Positions 57,556 to 64,000 of a DNA stretch of 64,000 bases are shown piece by piece. Source of the DNA: Candidatus Rokuibacteriota bacterium (GTDB lineage: Bacteria > Methylomirabilota > Methylomirabilia > Rokubacteriales > CSP1-6); the NCBI GenBank assembly GCA_003220315.1, contig QHSA01000133.1, positions 14,843 to 78,842 on the forward strand, read 5' to 3'. Both the position numbers and the translations under genes were made by a program. Positions within the stretch are counted from its first letter, which is position 1; each line of letters opens with the position of its first letter. A model generated the notes under the pieces. It saw only the letters and a program-made list of their open reading frames with translations, did not search any database and was not told the DNA's origin.

Positions 57556-59238
57556 ATGCGACGCGAGACCCAGCTCGAAGGGAGAACGGACGCGCTCGAC
57601 CTTCTCGCGCACTTCCCGGCGGGCGTGACGCCGCGTCCCGAGCAGGCGCGTCTGCTCGCCGCCGTCGCCGATGCGATCGCGGAGGCCCTGGACGACCCGG
57701 CGGCCGCGCGCGTGGTCCTCGTCGAGGGGCCGCCGGGCGTGGGCAAGAGCCACATCGCGATGACGCTCGCGCGGTGGAGCGGTGACGCCTACCTGCTGAC
57801 CTCGCAGAAGCTGCTCCAGGATCAGTACGAGCGCGAGTTCGGCGCCGAGCTCCAGATCGTGAAGGGCCGCGACAACTACGCGTGCGACCGCTATCCCGGC
57901 GCGCACGTCCCGACCTCGCGCGGCGCCTGCCGCCGGCCGCGCGGCCCGCTCTGCCAGTGCCCGTACGTCCGCGCCAAGACGGCCGCCCTCGGGGCGCCGA
58001 TCTTCTGCGCCAACACCACCTACTTCGCCACGCTCCGCCACTGGCACGCCGAGCGACTCCGGCGGCGCCGTCTCTTGATCGTCGACGAGGCGCACAACCT
58101 CGAGGCGCAGCTCGCCGGCGTCTACACCGCCGGCTTCCCGCCGGCCGAGATGCGCGCGTGGTTCGGCGGGCCGCTGCCGCACCTGGCCTCCGCCGACGAC
58201 TACCGCGCGCTGCTCGTCGAGCACCTCGACCGGCTCGAGGCGCGACGCGCGGCGATCGGGCGCGAGCTGGAGGCGCTCCGTCCGCCCGAGCTCGCCGCCG
58301 ACCTCTTCCTGCGCATGCCCCCGTCCCGGGCCGAGCAGGAGCTGATCGCGCAGCGCGATAATCTAGAATCGGCGTTCGCGCGCGTCCGCTTCTTCCTCGA
58401 CGATGCGGGAGAGTGGATCATGCGCTACCCACCCGATCCCGACGCCACGCTCGAGCTCGTGCCCCTGAGCGTCGCCGTGATGGCGCGCGAGCTGTTCGCC
58501 GAGTCCGCGGAGCTGGTCGTGCTCTCCTCGGCGCACCTCGGCCCGAAGAGCGTCCTGGCGGAGTGCTTCGGCCTCGACGCGGGCGGGATGCGCGCCTTCG
58601 CCAGCCCCTCCCCCTTCCCCGTCGAGCAGCGCCCCATCGTGTACCGTCCGGTGGGCGCGCTCTCGCGCTCAAGCCTCGCCGCGCTCGAGCCCGCCCTCTT
58701 CGCGGCGATCGCCACGATCCTCGACGTCCATCGCGCCGAGAAGGGGCTCATCCACGCGCCCTCGTACGCCGCCGGCGCCCGCCTGGTCCGCGACCTCGCG
58801 GCGCGCGCGCCGGCCCACGCGCGCCGTCTGATCTGGGTGGAGTCGACCGAGGCGAAGGCGCGTGCCCTCGACGCGCACCGCGCCTCGTCGGTCCCGACCG
58901 TCCTCGTCTCGCCGTCCCTCCGTGACGGCGTGGACCTGCCGGACGATTTCCTGCGCTTCCAGATCGTGACGAAGATGCCGTTCCCCGACCTCGGTGATCC
59001 GTGGACCGCGGCGCGGCGGGAGCGCGATCCGCGCTGGTACGCGCTCGAGACCGCCAAGGCGCTCGTGCAGGCGTACGGGCGCTCGTGCCGCCACGCCGGC
59101 GACCACGGGGTCAGCTATGTCCTCGACGCGCAGTTCGAGCGCTTCCTGGCCCGCTATCGTGTGCTCCTGCCCGAGTGGTTCCTGGACGCCGCGGAGCCCG
59201 CGCTCCGCGCGCGGGGCTCGTCGGACGGGACCGAGTGA
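57556..59238 (+). CDS. DinG/XPD-family SF2 helicase
   Basis: GPPGVGKS, LQDQY, KGR.NY.C, DEAH, GVDL, K.PFP, Q.YGR..R...D. Start uncertain. Confidence 0.88.
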   Translation: MRRETQLEGRTDALDLLAHFPAGVTPRPEQARLLAAVADAIAEALDDPAAARVVLVEGPPGVGKSHIAMTLARWSGDAYLLTSQKLLQDQYEREFGAELQIVKGRDNYACDRYPGAHVPTSRGACRRPRGPLCQCPYVRAKTAALGAPIFCANTTYFATLRHWHAERLRRRRLLIVDEAHNLEAQLAGVYTAGFPPAEMRAWFGGPLPHLASADDYRALLVEHLDRLEARRAAIGRELEALRPPELAADLFLRMPPSRAEQELIAQRDNLESAFARVRFFLDDAGEWIMRYPPDPDATLELVPLSVAVMARELFAESAELVVLSSAHLGPKSVLAECFGLDAGGMRAFASPSPFPVEQRPIVYRPVGALSRSSLAALEPALFAAIATILDVHRAEKGLIHAPSYAAGARLVRDLAARAPAHARRLIWVESTEAKARALDAHRASSVPTVLVSPSLRDGVDLPDDFLRFQIVTKMPFPDLGDPWTAARRERDPRWYALETAKALVQAYGRSCRHAGDHGVSYVLDAQFERFLARYRVLLPEWFLDAAEPALRARGSSDGTE

Positions 59239-59252
59239 TAGCATAGGCGGTC

Positions 59253-60143
59253 GTGAACGCGCGCGACGTCGACGCGGTCCTCCAGGCGGTCCGCTTCGAG
59301 CTCTATCGGGAGAACGTCTCCGGCGCCCTCGAGCTGGCCGAGCGCGCTCACGCCGCCCATCCCGACCCCCGGTACGCCGAACAGGCGGCGCGGATCCGGT
59401 CGTGGCTCACGCACCTCGAGAGCCGCGAAGCCTATATCGCGGCCCAGGAGGCGCAGTACAGGCGGCTCCGCTGGCGGGTCGGGCTGAAGCTCCTCGAGCG
59501 GCGGATCCGGATCCTCCTCGGCCGGAAGACGCGCAAGATGATCGGGCGACGCGGGCGTGATCCCGAATTCCAGGAGCTCGAGCGCGAGGTCGCCAGCGTG
59601 CGGCCGCGGCGCGCGCTCGACGCCGGAAGCGGCGAGGGGGGCGTGGCGATGGCGCTGGGCGCCCGCCACCCCGACGTGCGCGTCGAGGGCGTCGAGGTGT
59701 CGGCGACGAACGTCAGGATCGCGCGGCAGCTCAACCGGTTCAAGAACGTCGACTTCCGCCCGGGCCTCGCCGAAGAGGTCCACCTCCTCTTTCCGGCCGC
59801 GTCGTTCGACCTCGTGTACTCGTTCGCCGTCCTCGAGCACGTGCGCGACGTGAACGCGACGGTGCGCGCGATCGAGACGGTGCTGCGTCCAGGCGGGCGC
59901 TTTGCGTTCGTCGTTCCCATGCACGAGCTCCGCGCGCGGGGCCCGATCCCCGACTATGCGCCGGTCCACGGCTACGCCGACCACTGTCGCGTCTTCACGG
60001 AGGCGGAGCTGCGCGCGCGCTTCGGCGGTCGGAAGGGTTTTCGACTGGTGAAGATCCCGGGAGCCTGGAAGCACGGCGAGCTCCCGGACTGCTTCGAGCC
60101 GATCGAGTTCGGCTCGTTCTTCGTGTCGTACGCGACGGATTAG
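59253..60143 (+). CDS. class I SAM-dependent methyltransferase
   Basis: LDAGSGEG, SFDLVYS..VLEHV, VLRPGG. Confidence 0.88.
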   Translation: MNARDVDAVLQAVRFELYRENVSGALELAERAHAAHPDPRYAEQAARIRSWLTHLESREAYIAAQEAQYRRLRWRVGLKLLERRIRILLGRKTRKMIGRRGRDPEFQELEREVASVRPRRALDAGSGEGGVAMALGARHPDVRVEGVEVSATNVRIARQLNRFKNVDFRPGLAEEVHLLFPAASFDLVYSFAVLEHVRDVNATVRAIETVLRPGGRFAFVVPMHELRARGPIPDYAPVHGYADHCRVFTEAELRARFGGRKGFRLVKIPGAWKHGELPDCFEPIEFGSFFVSYATD

Positions 60144-60188
60144 TCGTCGGGTGGAGCGGCGCCGCTCCCCCCAACGCCCCCCACCAGA

Positions 60189-61691
60189 TCAGAGGGGGCG
60201 AGGCGCCCCCTCCGAGCCGGCGCTCGACGCCGCCGAGCGCCCCGCGATCCGGCCGAACACGGCGCCCGCCATGAGGCCGGCGCCACCCGGATAGTTGTGG
60301 TAGAAGAGCCCGCCCACGAGCTCGCCGGCCGCGAAGAGCCCGGGAATCGGCCGCTGCTCGGTGTCCACGACCTGCGCGACGTCGGTGATGCGGACGCCGC
60401 CGAACGTGAACGTGATGCCGGTCGTGACCGCGTAGCCGACGTAGGGCGGCGCGTCGAGGGGGAGCGCCCAGTTCGACTTGGGCGGCGCGATCCCGCGCGT
60501 GCGCTTGCCGTCCTTGATCGCCGGGTTGAACGCGCCGGGCATGACGGCGGCGTTGAAGGCCGCGACCGTGCGCAGGAACCCCTCGACGTCGATCTCGAGC
60601 TTCCGCGCCAGGCCCTCGAGCGTCGGGTCCTCGGCCTTCGTCACCTCGCGGATCCGGTACTCCTCCCGCAGCAGGTGGAGAACCTTCGCGTCGAAGATCT
60701 GAAACGCGGCGCGCCGCGGCTGCTCGATGACCGCGCGTCCGTACTTCACGTAGGTGTAGTTGCGGAAGTCGGCGCCCTCGTCCACGAAGCGCTCGCCGCG
60801 GAGGTTCACGATGAGTCCCAGTGGGTACGAATGCTTCTGAAAATTGTCGCCGACCTTCCGGTCGCCGTGCCACGGCGCGTTTAGATCCCACTGGACGGCG
60901 TGGCAGCCGCTCCAGTGGCCCCACGGGAGCGCGCCGATCTCGAGCGCCATCCGGATGCCGTCGCCCGTGTTGTACGGCGTGCCGCGGACGCGGGCGAGGT
61001 CCCAGTTGCGGCCCAGATAGCGCGTGCGCATCTCGGGGTTCGCCTCGAAGCCGCCCGCCGCAAGCACGACGGCCCGCGCCGGGATGGTCTCCGCGCCCGC
61101 CGGCGTCCGCACGGCGATGCCGGTCACCGCCCCACGGTCGTCCGTGAGAAGCCGTATCGCCTTCGTCTCGAAGCGCACGTCGATCCCGGCCTTGGCCGCC
61201 GCCTGGTACTCCATGTCGATGAGTCCGGGCCCGCCGCCCACCGCCTCGAGGACCAGCCCGCCCCAGAACCTGAATCGCCCGTCGACCTTGTAGGCCTGAC
61301 GGCCGAACATCGGGATCCAGCGGACGCCGCGGTCCCGCATCCACCGGACCGTCGGCTGCGACTGGCGCACGAGCAGCATCGCCAGGTCGGGGTCGGCGCA
61401 GTCCTCGGTGACGCGCATGAGGTCGTCGTAGAACGTCTCCTCGGTGTACGGATCGACCTCCATCGACGCCTTCTCCTCGTCGGACAGATCGCCGACGAGG
61501 TCACACAACTCCTCGAAGCTCTTGAAGGCGAACCGGAAGCCGCCCGCCGTGAAGAAGCCGTTGCCCCCGCGCCACGCCTCCGGCGCCTTCTCCACGACGA
61601 GCACGCGCGCGCCCGCCTCGCGCGCGGAGAGGGCGGCGCACATGGCGGCGTTGCCGCCCCCGACCACGACGACGTCGTACACGGCGGGCAC
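60189..61691 (-). CDS. tcuA: FAD-dependent tricarballylate dehydrogenase-like flavoprotein (TcuA/CobZ family)
   Basis: VVGGGNAA.CAA..A, RGGN, GGFEAN, RGTPYNTGDG, GITFTFGG, NYPGG.GL..GAVFGR. Confidence 0.85.
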   Translation of the reverse strand: MPAVYDVVVVGGGNAAMCAALSAREAGARVLVVEKAPEAWRGGNGFFTAGGFRFAFKSFEELCDLVGDLSDEEKASMEVDPYTEETFYDDLMRVTEDCADPDLAMLLVRQSQPTVRWMRDRGVRWIPMFGRQAYKVDGRFRFWGGLVLEAVGGGPGLIDMEYQAAAKAGIDVRFETKAIRLLTDDRGAVTGIAVRTPAGAETIPARAVVLAAGGFEANPEMRTRYLGRNWDLARVRGTPYNTGDGIRMALEIGALPWGHWSGCHAVQWDLNAPWHGDRKVGDNFQKHSYPLGLIVNLRGERFVDEGADFRNYTYVKYGRAVIEQPRRAAFQIFDAKVLHLLREEYRIREVTKAEDPTLEGLARKLEIDVEGFLRTVAAFNAAVMPGAFNPAIKDGKRTRGIAPPKSNWALPLDAPPYVGYAVTTGITFTFGGVRITDVAQVVDTEQRPIPGLFAAGELVGGLFYHNYPGGAGLMAGAVFGRIAGRSAASSAGSEGAPRPL

Positions 61692-61700
61692 AGCCGGGCT

Positions 61701-62015
61701 CTACCCGATGATCTCGCTGATCTGGACCTGCGGCTGGATGTTCGTGTAATTCGGGATGTCGCCCATGATCTCCTTGCCGTGCTCGCCCATCCCCTTCTGG
61801 AAGTCGGCGACCCTGTTGAAGTAGACGTGCGCGACGGCGACGTAGGGCGCCGGCGCGCCGGGCGCGCCGCCCGCGACGCCCTTGTCCGCCTCGGTCCGCA
61901 CGAGGCCGAACTTGCCGAGGCGCTCGCGGACCAGCGCCAAGTGCTTCCGGACGAAGTAGTCGTGGTCGAACTTCTTGCCCTCGCCGGCAGGGTACAGGAC
62001 CGTGATGCGGACCAT
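61701..62015 (-). CDS. EthD family protein
   Basis: VLYP.....FD.DY....H..L, DIPNYT.I.P..QISE. Confidence 0.88.
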   Translation of the reverse strand: MVRITVLYPAGEGKKFDHDYFVRKHLALVRERLGKFGLVRTEADKGVAGGAPGAPAPYVAVAHVYFNRVADFQKGMGEHGKEIMGDIPNYTNIQPQVQISEIIG

Positions 62016-62062
62016 GGGAACCTCCTCGTCTGGGGATTCTCGCTCCAGGGAGTGGCAGTGTA

Positions 62063-63304
62063 CTACGGAACCGCGTTCACGCCGGCGGGCGCTGCGCGCT
62101 CGGCCCTGAAAAGACCTCGCAGCCGGACGCCGAGCGGCGTACCGGCGAGCGCCGCCCCTGCCCAGAGCCAACCGTGCAGGCTCGTCGACGCGATCCCGCC
62201 GAAGAGCGCGCCGATGTTACAGCCATAGGCGATCCGTGAGCCGTACCCGAGGAGGAGCCCGCCCAGGACCGCCGCGGCGACGCGGCGCGCCGGGACGCGA
62301 CGCCGCGGGGCGAAGCGGCCGGCGAGCCCCGCGCCGAGCAGCGCGCCCAGGACCAGCCCGAGGTCCATGACCGACGTGACGTCGGCGAGGATGGGCGCCG
62401 CGAGCGCCGTCTGCTGGAACTCGCCCGACCAGAACGCGACGCCCGAGAGGTCGTATCCCATCGCGACGAGCGCCTTCGCGCCCCAGAGCGCGAAGGCCCA
62501 GGTGATGGACCACGGCGTGCCCGCCACGACGAGCGTGACGAGGTTGAGGAGCGCGAGGAGGACCGCGCCCACGCCGAGCGGCCACGGCCCCTGAACGACC
62601 CGCCGCCACCCGGTCACCGGCACCGGGAGCGACGAGCGCGCGTCGACGCGCCGGCGCTCGACGGTCCAGGAGACAAGGGCCAGCAGTGCGCACGCGGCGA
62701 GCTGGAGGACGACGGCGCCGGTCCAGCCGAGGCTCTCGGCGAGGGAGACGTCGCCCAGCGACGGCGTCGCCCACCAGAACGGCATGTGGAAGGTCGCGAG
62801 CACCGCGCCCGCGACGAAACCGACGAGCGTGGCCAGCATCGGCGTGACGCCCGCGCCGAGGTGGTAGAGCATCCCGGACCCGCACCCGCCGGCGATCTGC
62901 ATCCCGACTCCGAAGACGAACGCGCCCACGAGCACCGACACGCCCGCCGGGGCGACCGCGCCGGCCACGGAGGCGCCGAAGATCTCGCCGGCGGCGAGGA
63001 CGGGCGCGAAGAGCACGGTCGCCACCGCGAGCATCAAGAGCTGCGCCCGCACGCCGCGACCGTCGCCCACGGTCACGAGGGCGCGGTACGCCGCGGTGAA
63101 GCCGAAGACGGCGTGATGGAGCGTGAGGCCGAGCGCGGCGCCGACGAGGAGGAGGGCGCCCTGCCGTGGGCCGTAGCGCGCCGCGAGCCAGAGGGCGCCG
63201 ACCGTGAGGAAGCCTGCGGCGCCCGTGGCGACCGACACCTGGACGGGCCCGTTGGCGAGCGCGGCCGGCGGGGCGGCGACGGGTGGGGCGACGACGCGGC
63301 TCAT
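62063..63304 (-). CDS. YeeE/YedE sulfur-compound transporter
   Basis: FGFT, FGVGMQIAGGCGSG, GYGSRIAYGCNIGA. Confidence 0.9.
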   Translation of the reverse strand: MSRVVAPPVAAPPAALANGPVQVSVATGAAGFLTVGALWLAARYGPRQGALLLVGAALGLTLHHAVFGFTAAYRALVTVGDGRGVRAQLLMLAVATVLFAPVLAAGEIFGASVAGAVAPAGVSVLVGAFVFGVGMQIAGGCGSGMLYHLGAGVTPMLATLVGFVAGAVLATFHMPFWWATPSLGDVSLAESLGWTGAVVLQLAACALLALVSWTVERRRVDARSSLPVPVTGWRRVVQGPWPLGVGAVLLALLNLVTLVVAGTPWSITWAFALWGAKALVAMGYDLSGVAFWSGEFQQTALAAPILADVTSVMDLGLVLGALLGAGLAGRFAPRRRVPARRVAAAVLGGLLLGYGSRIAYGCNIGALFGGIASTSLHGWLWAGAALAGTPLGVRLRGLFRAERAAPAGVNAVP

Positions 63305-64000
63305 CGCGACGGCGCGTCGCCTCGCGCGCGGCGAAGCATCTCGATCAGCACCTCACGGCTCTCACCCGCAGTCCGCACCTCGCGCGGGAAGGCGATGCGC
63401 ACGCTCGAGAGGCGATCGCCCCGGCGCACGCGCAGCTTGAAGCCGAGGCGGTCGACCGCGACCATCGTCGCCGCGTCGGCCTCCTCGCCCGCGTAGAGGC
63501 GCGCATAAGCGACCAGCGCGTCGGCGTGGTCGCGGTTCATGTGCTCCACGATCCCGTCTGCGACGTCGGCGAGCGGATCGGGCGCCGCCGCAAAGTAGGC
63601 CGCCGCGGACACCCAATCCATCGCCGCGAAGCCGCCGACGAAGTAGAGGTCCGTGACCTCGAGGCGCCAGAACGCAAAATCCTCGAAGTCCACCCAGTAC
63701 GCGGCCCGCGCGTGGCGCGCGAGATAGGCGGCGCGCGCCGCGCTCACCTCCGCCGGCGGCACGACGCGCGCGTCGCCCATCAGCGTGAGGCGCGCGCGGG
63801 CGAGCGGGTCGTCCGATTCTTCACGCTGGGGGCCCAGGCCGGGCTGGGTCACGAGGAGGCTCGCGCGCGGGTCGGCCTGGAGGTTCTGGGTGTGCATGGC
63901 CATCGAGCTGATCAGGACGGCCGGCCGCCCGGCGTCATCGAGCGCGTACGGCATGACCGATGCGAACGGGTGGCCGGGGTGCCGCCGCGAGAGCGTCGCG
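63301..64000 (-). CDS. HugZ-like pyridoxamine 5'-phosphate oxidase family protein + DUF2470 (5' end outside window)
   Basis: S.MA.HT.NL..DPRASLL, ARLTL.G, VGGF, DPL, HMN.DH, VD..G. Confidence 0.88.
   Translation of the reverse strand, partial: ATLSRRHPGHPFASVMPYALDDAGRPAVLISSMAMHTQNLQADPRASLLVTQPGLGPQREESDDPLARARLTLMGDARVVPPAEVSAARAAYLARHARAAYWVDFEDFAFWRLEVTDLYFVGGFAAMDWVSAAAYFAAAPDPLADVADGIVEHMNRDHADALVAYARLYAGEEADAATMVAVDRLGFKLRVRRGDRLSSVRIAFPREVRTAGESREVLIEMLRRARGDAPSR

Noticed and set aside
1..64000. Autonomous IS, prophage, rRNA or tRNA
   Set aside because: No transposase, integrase, phage or structural RNA signatures seen.

Overview
Very GC-rich bacterial chromosomal window; gene content and style suggest Ca. 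Rokubacteria/Methylomirabilota (inference). Bases 1-32.3 kb form a minus-strand catabolic super-cluster headed by a HutC-type GntR regulator with a palindromic operator. It encodes hydantoinase/oxoprolinase A+B, acyl-CoA dehydrogenases, a MaoC dehydratase, thiolase + DUF35, 3-hydroxyacyl-CoA dehydrogenase, an internally deleted amidohydrolase, a two-subunit B12 acyl-CoA mutase with an unusual active site, an orphan Mo-hydroxylase large subunit, CoA-transferases, an opine dehydrogenase, a PaaK-like ligase and LIV-type ABC transporters, and is interrupted by a vapBC module. The rest holds mixed housekeeping and accessory genes (apt, sorAB, tcuA-like, DinG helicase, ECF-Ogt, adenylate cyclase). 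The most striking unannotated signal is that eight intra-operon spacers, seven filled by families of hairpin-rich repeats, are each spanned by short ORFs or ORF chains. These start on or next to the upstream gene's stop codon and stop on the downstream gene's start codon (ATGA/GTGA/TGATG/TAATG/TAGTG), suggesting repeat-borne translational relays. No rRNA, tRNA, CRISPR or transposase was seen.
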